Positions 27,846 through 36,862 of a stretch of DNA of 36,870 nt are shown here, piece after piece. The translations under genes and the position numbers were made by a program. Numbering within the stretch: position 1 is the first letter of the stretch; each line of letters opens with the position of its first letter. The notes under the pieces are model-generated. The model made no database searches. It had not been told where the DNA came from and saw only the letters and a list, made by a program, of their open reading frames with translations. Origin of the DNA: Candidatus Latescibacterota bacterium (lineage in GTDB: Bacteria; Latescibacterota; UBA2968); NCBI GenBank assembly GCA_038279365.1, contig JAYODI010000061.1, positions 1 to 36,870 of the forward strand, read 5' to 3'.

Positions 27846-27867
27846 ATCTCACCTCGCGTTTTGGATG

Positions 27868-28758
27868 TTAAAATACAGGCGTTACCACAACAACCGTACT
27901 GTCTCTGGGCAGCGTTGTTTTGTTAAACACTTCCAGCAGCCCTTCTTTGCTCTCTACCCTACGCAATCTAAAAACCGCTTGTGTCACACTAATGGTATCT
28001 ATAACGGCCGTAATCGTATCGGCAAAAGCCAAATTTCCACCACTGCTCAAATCGCGCAAGTGTGCAACAAACCGACGTTGTCCAATAGGAATTTGGTTAA
28101 CCCGAATTTGACGACTCAGCGTGCCATCTTCTGCAACCGAAAATTGATCTCCAAGCCCCACCGACACCAAAGGCAACAAGGCCACAGATGGATGTGATGC
28201 CTGAGGCAATATTTCCAAAAGATCTAAGATAGACGTCAATGGCAAACTTGCCAAAGTTACGGAATCAACCTGCGTGGTATCAATAGTTGAAAAATCGATG
28301 ACGGTGCGAAAAGCAATTTGACCACCAATGCGATTCAAATTCACTTGCACCAACTCTGTTTCACCCGTGGTAATGGTCGAATCTGCTTCACCACGAAACC
28401 GTAAGATACCACCTGTATCAAATACCGTCACAGTAAATCGACGTTTGCCAATTGGAATATTGGCAACTTGTCCAGTAGACAAATTACCACCCGGTATCGG
28501 GAAATTCATATCCCGTTCAACAGTTTGAATGCGTCCAGCATCAGCCGCCGACACCTTCACGCGCACGCGCTGAATGAGCCCACGCGCAAATGGTGGTATA
28601 GAAGCCGTAATGAGCGCACTCCCTGTCTCTGTTTGCAAACTGCCTGGCCCCACAACATCAAAAGGCTGAGCATTACACCCCCAAATGCCAAGCAAAACAA
28701 TCACAGACACCAAACCGAGGGCTTTTTGCCACATTTTATGGAATATAGGCCTGTTCAT
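27868..28758 (-). CDS. Hypothetical lipoprotein with internally duplicated beta-rich domain
   Basis: Lipobox IWGC; repeats 'NIPIGKRRFTV' and 'QIPIGQRRFVA'. Confidence 0.75.
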   Translation of the reverse strand: MNRPIFHKMWQKALGLVSVIVLLGIWGCNAQPFDVVGPGSLQTETGSALITASIPPFARGLIQRVRVKVSAADAGRIQTVERDMNFPIPGGNLSTGQVANIPIGKRRFTVTVFDTGGILRFRGEADSTITTGETELVQVNLNRIGGQIAFRTVIDFSTIDTTQVDSVTLASLPLTSILDLLEILPQASHPSVALLPLVSVGLGDQFSVAEDGTLSRQIRVNQIPIGQRRFVAHLRDLSSGGNLAFADTITAVIDTISVTQAVFRLRRVESKEGLLEVFNKTTLPRDSTVVVVTPVF

Positions 28759-28777
28759 ATCACGAAGTCAAATCCCT

Positions 28778-30904
28778 TCAATTCGATACATTGCTCGAAG
28801 ATAAAAGTTCTGCGACACGCTGTTTGGCAATTTGAATCTGAGGTACATCACCATCCGCCCAATTCTTGAGAAAAATTTGATAAGATATGATGGCACCCTG
28901 TACATCTCCAAACCCTTCATAGGCTTGTGCAAGACTGAAGTGTACTTGAAAACGATTTGGAGACAATTGCAATGCCTTAGAAAAAGCCTGAGCAGCTTCA
29001 ACATATCGGTGCACAGACAAAAAAGCATTGCCACTGGCAACCAACGATTCAATATGATTGGGATCTATGGCCAAAGCTTTTTGAGCACTTTCTATTGCTT
29101 GGCTCATTTGACCTTTTTTTCGATACACAATGCTCAAATTGGCATATACAGGCCGTACATCAACGGCGTATTCAAGAGCTTTTTGATATACGACCAATGC
29201 AGAATCGACCATACCATTTGTGGCATAAAGCGTACCCAAATTGTTAAACGCCTCACCCGAAGCAGGATCAAATTGCAATGCTTTTAAATAAGATTCGCGG
29301 GCACCATCAAACTGCCCTTGCATCCTGAATGCATTGCCTACACCATTCCAAAGCGCAACAGAGTGGGGGTGCATTTCTAAACCCATTCGATAATCCTGCA
29401 ATGCTTGATCCGCCTGGCCTTGCTCAGAAAACGCACGCCCTCGCATCATCCATACTTCTTCATCAAATGCGCCAAATACCAGGGCTTTATTGGCAGTCAT
29501 AATCACATTCGGCCATTGATGCTGGGCAAAAGCAAGGCGTGTTTGTAAAAAATGTCGATCAAAGCGAATTTGTCTGACAATACCGATACCGCTTATAATC
29601 ATAACAAGTATGCCCAGAAAAATACCCCATCGCAAGCTGGGCCACGCGATTTCTCGCCCAGCGTGCAAGATGCCAATGCCCACCACACAAAGCCAAAAAG
29701 GCAACCATGCCCCAGGAAACACACGCGGAAAACCAAACAAACCATTCACAACCACAGCAATAATACCACAAAGCAAAGCCCACTCTATACCATCAGGCGT
29801 ATTCTGAAGCGTTCGCCATCCCAAACGCAATACCTGCACAACCAACCCCAAAAACGCAACAACCCCAACCACGCCAGTTTCCGACCAAATCCATAACAAA
29901 TCGTTGTGCGGGCGATACGGCACGGTTTGTGGATGCATCAAGTCACCATTGGCAAACACCGGATACATCACCCGCCAACTTCCCGCCCCCACCCCAGTAA
30001 ATGGATGCGCAGCAATCATTGCCAATGTGTGTTGCCATAAAACAAGACGGCTTTTATCCCCACCCGAAGAAACCACAGAGGCCAAAGCATCAGATATATT
30101 AACTTTGCCGTGCCACATCGCTTCGCCCGCACCTTTTTCGACCTGGGCTGGCACCACAGCCACACAAACAGCCAATACCAATGCCCCCCCCAGTCCATAT
30201 TGATGCGCCCGCGTGAGGCGAGGCAATTTGATACCATGTCGCAAAAAAATACTGGCAAAACCAACAAACAAAACCCCTGCCAAAAACCCAACCCAAGCAC
30301 CACGAGATCGCGTGGCCAATAAAAAAGAAACCTCTGCCCCACACACCAATCCCCACACAACAGATCCCCAAGAACGTTTTGCTTGGTACCACACCCAAAC
30401 CGTTAAGGGAATCATCCCAATCAAGTAAGATGCCGCCAAATTCCGATGTCCAAAAGTTGCGCTTGGCAAACCCGCCGTAGGCACCCATGCCTGCCCCACA
30501 CCATAAAATTGAGCCAAACCAAACACAGACAACACGCCTGCCACACCACATGCAACCCGAACAACAACATCAAAACCATCGCGCTTAAGCCCATTCAAAA
30601 ACGCTAAGAATAGGGCAAAACCAGCCAAATGCGTTGAAATAGGCAACAGCCCCAATACCCAGCTTTGCGCTTGGAAAATGGATATACTTTCTGCTGCTAA
30701 AAAAACCAGAGCGGGTAATACCAAAGACGACTGTCGCCAACGACCCCACCCCAACCAGACAACAAACCCACTTAGAGCCACTCCGTGAAGGGCCAACACT
30801 TGTGGCAACAGCGCAAACCGGTTGATGCCATCTAAATGGGCAACTGGCACCAACACAACCGCAGCAATTCCCACATAAGTAAACAAAGATTGGGCAAATT
30901 TCAT
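28778..30904 (-). CDS. O-antigen ligase (Wzy_C) family membrane protein with C-terminal TPR array (paralog A)
   Basis: Motifs 'TRSRGAWVG' and 'RLVLW...HPFTGVGAGSW...PHNDLLWIWSETG'; about 7 TPRs at the C-terminus. Confidence 0.88.
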   Translation of the reverse strand: MKFAQSLFTYVGIAAVVLVPVAHLDGINRFALLPQVLALHGVALSGFVVWLGWGRWRQSSLVLPALVFLAAESISIFQAQSWVLGLLPISTHLAGFALFLAFLNGLKRDGFDVVVRVACGVAGVLSVFGLAQFYGVGQAWVPTAGLPSATFGHRNLAASYLIGMIPLTVWVWYQAKRSWGSVVWGLVCGAEVSFLLATRSRGAWVGFLAGVLFVGFASIFLRHGIKLPRLTRAHQYGLGGALVLAVCVAVVPAQVEKGAGEAMWHGKVNISDALASVVSSGGDKSRLVLWQHTLAMIAAHPFTGVGAGSWRVMYPVFANGDLMHPQTVPYRPHNDLLWIWSETGVVGVVAFLGLVVQVLRLGWRTLQNTPDGIEWALLCGIIAVVVNGLFGFPRVFPGAWLPFWLCVVGIGILHAGREIAWPSLRWGIFLGILVMIISGIGIVRQIRFDRHFLQTRLAFAQHQWPNVIMTANKALVFGAFDEEVWMMRGRAFSEQGQADQALQDYRMGLEMHPHSVALWNGVGNAFRMQGQFDGARESYLKALQFDPASGEAFNNLGTLYATNGMVDSALVVYQKALEYAVDVRPVYANLSIVYRKKGQMSQAIESAQKALAIDPNHIESLVASGNAFLSVHRYVEAAQAFSKALQLSPNRFQVHFSLAQAYEGFGDVQGAIISYQIFLKNWADGDVPQIQIAKQRVAELLSSSNVSN

Positions 30905-32284
30905 TTATCCGGGAAACCACTCGAAGTTGTCGTGCATACCATCAAACAATTCACTCAGCATATGAACAATCGCTTCTGTCCAAACACGTTGTTTATCCAA
31001 TGCACTTAGGTAGCTGGTGCGATCATCGCCCGATGTTGGAAACATACGTACGCCTCTGCCTTGTTGCCCCACACCATTTAATGAAAATGAAAGCACCTTT
31101 CCATTGTTTCGTTTATCAATCACACGAATATCAGAAGCCATATGCGCACGCGTTTGTGGCAAACCAACCACCAATGGCAAATTGGGTTTTGATGCACGCT
31201 CTAATTCATAACGCACCACACGCCCAGTAATGACCACATCTACATTGGCATTTTGTGCCAAACGCATGGCGGCATCGGGGTCAAGAAATTTGGTATCAGT
31301 CCCCACGTCTATAACGCGAATATGACCATAACGCGACAGCTTTGTCTTTATTTCTTCGGCAACCAACTCCCCCGCGCGTTGATGCTCAAAACCTGCCAAA
31401 TTGACCACAGCCACCCGAATTGTCGTATCCATATCTTTCGGCATACGCACAACAGATGAGTTGACGTGCTTGCGACCATTTCCAAGTTTGGGCTGCAAAC
31501 GCAATCCTGCCATTGCTGTCACATCGGGCAAATCGTCACTCAAACCTTTTTCTATACCGGCTTCCAATTTTAACCGCCACAGATTCATTCTGGCACCCAA
31601 AATCGCGCGTTTGGTTTGCCCATCCAAAGCACTCGGTTCACTCCAATATTCTGCAGTCATGGTAAATACTTGCCCACGCCCAATCTCCACGGCTCCCCCA
31701 TACATCAACCCAGGGTCACGTGAAATCGCCGAAAACAAATACCCTGCATTGGCCCGAAAACCAATGGCTTCTTTATTGATGTCCAACATCATACGCGAAG
31801 AAATTTCACGTCCTTCTCGGCTATAAGGGCGCACATTAAGTGCCGTACGACCTTTAAACCCATAAGGATGTAAAACCGCCACATCAAAACCAAAATAATA
31901 AGGAGATGGAAATCGGCTTGGAAAACCAAATTTCAGCGTGGTGGTAATATCACCAGATCCATATTTGGCCAACCCGCCCGCCACATCAAACATCACGGGA
32001 ACGCTCACCCCAATATCAACCGAATTTCCCAAGCCATAAGCCAAGCCCAAATGCCCTGTTAAGGAAGTGCCTTCCCCCACTTTGCGAACCGAAATTTGAT
32101 AGGCTTCACTGGCATATCGCAAATAAAGTCCACCCTTGCCCAATGGCTCAGCCGATGCCACACGATATAAGCCTTCTCCCATTGGCAGTGCAAATGGGGG
32201 ACTCACACGATCCGAAACGACTTGCGCCGCAGGCTGACTGCTCCAAAGTCCCATTATTATGACAATGTATAAAAGTCGTCTCAT
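30905..32284 (-). CDS. Exported protein: N-terminal OM beta-barrel-like region fused to a C-terminal CsgG/TolB-N-like alpha/beta domain
   Basis: Signal peptide; beta-strand motifs 'LAYGLGNSVDIGVSVP' and 'GSGDITTTLKF'; C-terminal 'RVAVVNL...AEEIKTKL...VDVVITGRV'. Confidence 0.6.
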   Translation of the reverse strand: MRRLLYIVIIMGLWSSQPAAQVVSDRVSPPFALPMGEGLYRVASAEPLGKGGLYLRYASEAYQISVRKVGEGTSLTGHLGLAYGLGNSVDIGVSVPVMFDVAGGLAKYGSGDITTTLKFGFPSRFPSPYYFGFDVAVLHPYGFKGRTALNVRPYSREGREISSRMMLDINKEAIGFRANAGYLFSAISRDPGLMYGGAVEIGRGQVFTMTAEYWSEPSALDGQTKRAILGARMNLWRLKLEAGIEKGLSDDLPDVTAMAGLRLQPKLGNGRKHVNSSVVRMPKDMDTTIRVAVVNLAGFEHQRAGELVAEEIKTKLSRYGHIRVIDVGTDTKFLDPDAAMRLAQNANVDVVITGRVVRYELERASKPNLPLVVGLPQTRAHMASDIRVIDKRNNGKVLSFSLNGVGQQGRGVRMFPTSGDDRTSYLSALDKQRVWTEAIVHMLSELFDGMHDNFEWFPG

Positions 32285-32943
32285 AACCCTTGTAACTCCC
32301 CAATTTTGGTGATCAAATCTGGCGGTGTCAAACGCGTTTGGTGATAAAAATTCTTATACCCTGGTGCCACAGCATCAATATGATGCAGTGAATTATTAGG
32401 GTCTGCCGTATCAGGCGTGTGAACAAAAGCACCCAAATAAAAGTAGGCTTGTGCCAATATTAAATGAACGTCTTTAAAATCAATGTTGTCATGTTGAGAA
32501 AAGAAATTTGGATCAATGCTCAAAGCACGATTGGCCGCATCTCGTGCATCCGTCCAATTGCCCAAATGCAGTTCCAAACCCGATAACCCCACCCAAGCAT
32601 CCACATTATCGGGAGACGATGCGGTTGCTTTTTGAAAATTGGTCCGAGAAGCGGCCAATATGGCCGCACGTGTTTCACGATTTTCCTCTTGACCTGCTTG
32701 TTGAAACTTGAGCCACCCCAAACCATTATAGGCTTCTGTAGATTGTGGATCTAAGCTCAATGCATCCAAAAATACTTCTTCAGACTTTGTATAATCACCC
32801 TTTACATAATCAGCCCACCCCTCAAATGAGAGGTTTTCTGCCGACCCCGATGAGCCACCCGTCGCAGTACCACCACCGCATCCAGTGGAAATCAACAAAC
32901 AAGCTCCCATCAATATCCAAATTGTCTTTTTTATCTTTTTCAT
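32281..32943 (-). CDS. TPR-repeat lipoprotein
   Basis: Lipobox STGC, Gly/Ser linker and TPRs ('EAYNGLGW', 'DAWVGLS'). Confidence 0.85.
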   Translation of the reverse strand: MKKIKKTIWILMGACLLISTGCGGGTATGGSSGSAENLSFEGWADYVKGDYTKSEEVFLDALSLDPQSTEAYNGLGWLKFQQAGQEENRETRAAILAASRTNFQKATASSPDNVDAWVGLSGLELHLGNWTDARDAANRALSIDPNFFSQHDNIDFKDVHLILAQAYFYLGAFVHTPDTADPNNSLHHIDAVAPGYKNFYHQTRLTPPDLITKIGELQGL

Positions 32944-32953
32944 ATTCACTCTC

Positions 32954-35900
32954 CTACTTTAGGAGTACCATTTTACGTGTGATGGCGGTCCCTGACATCT
33001 TCAATTGATAGACATAAACACCCGCACTGACTTGCTGCCCCCATTCATCACGGGCATCCCAAGTCACCACATGCCGACCAGATGACATATACCCAGACAC
33101 CAAATGACGCACCTCTTGGCCCAATGCATTATAAATGATCAATTGCACATCATCTGCCTCTGACAAATCAAAACGAATCGTGGTTTGTGGATTAAATGGA
33201 TTTGGGAAATTTTGATGCAATTTAAACTGGGATATGGGATTGAGATCCACAAACACACCATACCGCCCAAATGCATCAAATTCTCCAACCAAACGGCCAT
33301 CCTGTATGTCGCGCCCCACAAGAATCCACTTACCAGTGTTCGGATCTTCTCGATAGATACCAGCTTGATCTGGCAGATGAGGTATGGCAAAAGATATTTC
33401 ACCCGAGCGCATCACTTCTGCATCTGGTGCATATACCATATACGTATCAGACGCAGGAACCAAGTCTGACGTGGCCAATTTTGTACGTGTGGTTTCACGT
33501 CGTTCGGGGATCAGGGCCACCACAGAAGGGGCATTCACCCCACCTGCGGGTAACGATACCGACACCTGATCTTGAGACAGATTAAAAGTACTGCGCACAT
33601 TGGCCTGTTCAATTCTTAAACGCAATGTGTCAAACAATGCAATACGCGTTTCTTGTGAAATCCCCAAAGCCGTTATTTCAACAAGCCCCGTGGTGGCATT
33701 GCCCAATCGCAAATCACCCACCCACATTCCCGATACCAAGGCCACAGGATCTACAGGAATCACTGTTCGCGGTATGGATGGATCTTCTCCAATTCTTACA
33801 TCCATGATAGGATTGCTTTGCAAACCTCTCCTGGCCCGAACAAACACATCCAAAAAGTTTTTCAGCACAGGATTGCGGACCACTTCTATTTTGATCAAAT
33901 CCGTACCAATTGGGCCACCAGGTGCAACCACCACAGGAGAAGCCACACTCGTTGCAGTTAATCCCGTTACAATGTCTCTCACCAAAAAAACCAAATCTCC
34001 AGCCGTGCCAAAAAAACTCTCAGAGGCACGCACAAGCGCACGTTGATTCAGTGTATCAATTTCTACTGCGACATTGTCATTTGGCCCAACCGACCACACC
34101 AAATTGGCCAAATTCCCAGCCGTAACCACGGTCGTCAAATCAAGTGTCGTATCCCGACCCGCTGTCAAATTCAAAGCACCAAAATCGTTGACTCGCACGG
34201 TGTCAGAAGCAACGGGGCCACCACCAGGTTTCCCCACACTCACCAGTAAACTGTCTTGCGCACTTTTGCCACTGTTTTTATCTGTGGCAGTTAAAACAAT
34301 ATGTGTATTCCCAATACCCAATCCGATCATCAACACATCTTCGCCAAACAATTGTGCAAACACCAATGACGAATTTCGCAAATTGACCCCCCAAGCAATG
34401 CTGTCTGGGTTGCCAACGCGTACCAATTGGCGCAGTGACAATGTGTCTGGCGTGTTTTGAACCAGATCAAACTTTCCACCCAAAACACTTATATCCAATG
34501 CCACGCTACCCGGGTTGAGAACACTCACGCCCACGGTGCCAGATGCTGTTTTTCCTTGTGGATCGGTAACCGTGAAAACAAGATCATCCACACCACCCGT
34601 TCCACCCGTAACCCCTTCTAAAATGGCCACATGAGAGTTTGGATCAATCGTCACAATCACATTTTGTGCACCCGTAGCCGTCCAAGTCACTTCGCTATTA
34701 CTGTTATCCGCATCAAAGTAAAACGAATCCAAGTTTAACGTATCTTTTTGCCCGCTGATCAATGTAATATTTTCGGGCAAACCACCAACCACAGGAATAC
34801 CTGTAGCCACAGAAGATGCATACATGCGAACCAACAATGTATCAGCCAACTGATTTGGATCGACCACACGCAACTCCATCGTTCGATAGCCTATAGAATC
34901 GGCAGCAGCAGAGACACTCAACTGGCGATTATTCAATGCAGCAGCATCTACCACAAAACGAGAAACAGGACCACGTGTCCATTTTAGCAGATCATCCGCG
35001 GTATCAATATCATTTACCAACGTATCCAAATTGACAACCGAAGCCACATCACCCGCCCGAATATTCACCTTAATTTCTTCCACACTGATCTGCGGTTTTT
35101 GTGGATCTTTAGGCGGTGTTACTCTGACATCAATTTTTTGAATGGCCACCGCATTAGAGGTATCACTCACAACAACATTGGCTGTACGTGTCCCCTGAAA
35201 TGGTGGCACCGAAGTCACGATAAGCTGAACGTTATTTGATGTGACGTCAAAAGCAATACTGTCTACGCCCGAAAAGGAAAATTGAAGTCGTGTAAAAGGA
35301 TCATCTATGTCTTCAACATATTCTGACAACGTCAATCGGCTTTGTCCAAACGCATCCAACACCACTTCAGGAAACGGTTTCTTGAAGCGTGGCGGATCAT
35401 TTACGGGGCGAACCACGACTTGAACCGCAACGGTATCGGCTAACGAAAATTGATCCGTCACCGAAAATGTCACTTGCCCAGTGCCATTAAAATCCTTGGC
35501 AGAAGACATTCTGACAACTTGGAAAATGGTATCTCCTTTTACAGTTTGGGTTCCCATCGTCGCTGTGATATTTTCGGATTGAGCAATCGTTGCAAACGTC
35601 AACCTCGCTCCAGGGTCTGGGTCGATAGCAACAAGCGTTAAGGTCGTATCCCGATCCTCAAAATAAGTCAGTGTTTTGACAATCGCTGAATCAACCAAAA
35701 CCGGTGGTGAGTCAACTACCACTCGAATGACATCAGAAATGGTCTCATCAAATCGTGTGGTTGCCGTAAATCGAACTTGTGAAATACCAATAAAATTGAC
35801 CGTATCCTGGCCAGAAATAATACGCGGATCAACAACAACACGATGGGATCTTGGGTTAATACCAACCTGTATGCTATCTGGCACAGGCACCGCATTTGTC

Positions 35901-36634
35901 CATGTTAATGTTGAATCAGGGTTTGCTACATCATCCACATAATCATCCAAGTCCAAAGAGGAATCGACTTGTCCGGGTCGCAAATATAGGTCTGGTAAAT
36001 TCACATTCAACTCCAAACCTCGAATATTCAATTGCAATTCTTTTATGCTGCTAAAGTTATAAATGCTTCCAGCATCTCCCAATTTGTAATATCCCGTTTC
36101 ACTGCCCGACGGTGCCGTTCTGATAACACGCACACCAGTTGTTAACCCCGTGGGCTTCTTTATAACACGCACCCGAAAAGTTGCAATCACACCATCCCCA
36201 ACCGCAAAGCGTTGTCCTCCCCCAATGCTGGGTGTAATATCTTCGTTATATTGTAATTGAAAAAAAGAAAATTGATTCCCCCCACCGCCAGGTGTATCTC
36301 CCAATGTTGAATTTTTCAGTACCGTGCCCCCCAAATTAGTTCCTCTTAAAAAGGGGTTTAAGGGATTAGAACGCGCGGGAAGCAACAACAAATACGTATC
36401 ATCAAACTCTAAAAATATATCTACCCCAGTCAACTGTTCATCACGACCTTCGATAAACAATTCAATATTGACTTCCTCGCCCAAATTAACATTTATCGGT
36501 TCATTCGAGAACCCAGTCGTTCCTGCCATCCGAACATAAAGATTCGACCGCCCAGGTTTTCCCGCCAAGGCCACATTGCCAGAGGTTAAAAGTGCAACAA
36601 ATACCAATATCCATATCAGTGCAAAGCGTTTCAC
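32954..36634 (-). CDS. Large secreted surface protein: cohesin-like N-terminus, tandem cadherin/Ig-like repeats, C-terminal T9SS type-A sorting/FlgD-Ig domain
   Basis: Signal peptide ending ALA; repeats of the form L.L..YV.D.D....L.W; 'PVNDPP'; C-terminus 'QNFPNPFNPQTTIRF...IYNALGQEV...WDARD..G..VSAGVY...RKMVLLK'. Confidence 0.88.
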   Translation of the reverse strand: MKRFALIWILVFVALLTSGNVALAGKPGRSNLYVRMAGTTGFSNEPINVNLGEEVNIELFIEGRDEQLTGVDIFLEFDDTYLLLLPARSNPLNPFLRGTNLGGTVLKNSTLGDTPGGGGNQFSFFQLQYNEDITPSIGGGQRFAVGDGVIATFRVRVIKKPTGLTTGVRVIRTAPSGSETGYYKLGDAGSIYNFSSIKELQLNIRGLELNVNLPDLYLRPGQVDSSLDLDDYVDDVANPDSTLTWTNAVPVPDSIQVGINPRSHRVVVDPRIISGQDTVNFIGISQVRFTATTRFDETISDVIRVVVDSPPVLVDSAIVKTLTYFEDRDTTLTLVAIDPDPGARLTFATIAQSENITATMGTQTVKGDTIFQVVRMSSAKDFNGTGQVTFSVTDQFSLADTVAVQVVVRPVNDPPRFKKPFPEVVLDAFGQSRLTLSEYVEDIDDPFTRLQFSFSGVDSIAFDVTSNNVQLIVTSVPPFQGTRTANVVVSDTSNAVAIQKIDVRVTPPKDPQKPQISVEEIKVNIRAGDVASVVNLDTLVNDIDTADDLLKWTRGPVSRFVVDAAALNNRQLSVSAAADSIGYRTMELRVVDPNQLADTLLVRMYASSVATGIPVVGGLPENITLISGQKDTLNLDSFYFDADNSNSEVTWTATGAQNVIVTIDPNSHVAILEGVTGGTGGVDDLVFTVTDPQGKTASGTVGVSVLNPGSVALDISVLGGKFDLVQNTPDTLSLRQLVRVGNPDSIAWGVNLRNSSLVFAQLFGEDVLMIGLGIGNTHIVLTATDKNSGKSAQDSLLVSVGKPGGGPVASDTVRVNDFGALNLTAGRDTTLDLTTVVTAGNLANLVWSVGPNDNVAVEIDTLNQRALVRASESFFGTAGDLVFLVRDIVTGLTATSVASPVVVAPGGPIGTDLIKIEVVRNPVLKNFLDVFVRARRGLQSNPIMDVRIGEDPSIPRTVIPVDPVALVSGMWVGDLRLGNATTGLVEITALGISQETRIALFDTLRLRIEQANVRSTFNLSQDQVSVSLPAGGVNAPSVVALIPERRETTRTKLATSDLVPASDTYMVYAPDAEVMRSGEISFAIPHLPDQAGIYREDPNTGKWILVGRDIQDGRLVGEFDAFGRYGVFVDLNPISQFKLHQNFPNPFNPQTTIRFDLSEADDVQLIIYNALGQEVRHLVSGYMSSGRHVVTWDARDEWGQQVSAGVYVYQLKMSGTAITRKMVLLK

Positions 36635-36764
36635 GCAAACACTCCATCAAAATGTGTGGACAACAAACAACACAGAGATCTTTAAAAGACCTCATATCGC
36701 TTAAAGTTTTTGGAATTTTCTGGGATGGGTGCTAAAAAAGGGATGGACTTCGGATATTTCAGAA

Positions 36765-36780
36765 TGCAATTCTCGTGCCA
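36765..36780 (-). promoter_or_regulatory. Sigma54 (RpoN) -24/-12 promoter
   Basis: TGGCACGAGAATTGCA on the minus strand, an exact match to TGGCACG-N4-TTGCW, 130 nt upstream of the operon's first gene. Confidence 0.85.
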
Positions 36781-36844
36781 AAGGCTAGTGATGGCATAAA
36801 AATGCAAAATATGGGATGGGATTGTTTTAAAAATATAGATAAGT

Positions 36845-36862
36845 TCTGGAAAATAATCCAGA
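36845..36862. promoter_or_regulatory. Candidate upstream activator site for a sigma54 enhancer-binding protein
   Basis: TCTGGA-N6-TCCAGA palindrome about 90-110 nt upstream of the predicted transcription start, separated from the promoter by AT-rich DNA. Confidence 0.4.

Noticed and set aside
33139-36539. Numerous 60-150 aa ORFs opposite or within the large surface-protein gene, and similar ones across the window
   Set aside because: Antisense or alternate-frame shadows of well-supported genes, with no independent motifs.
36792-36806. Second, divergent sigma54-like site TGGCATAAAAATGCA on +
   Set aside because: Spacing is GG-N9-GC; sigma54 requires N10.
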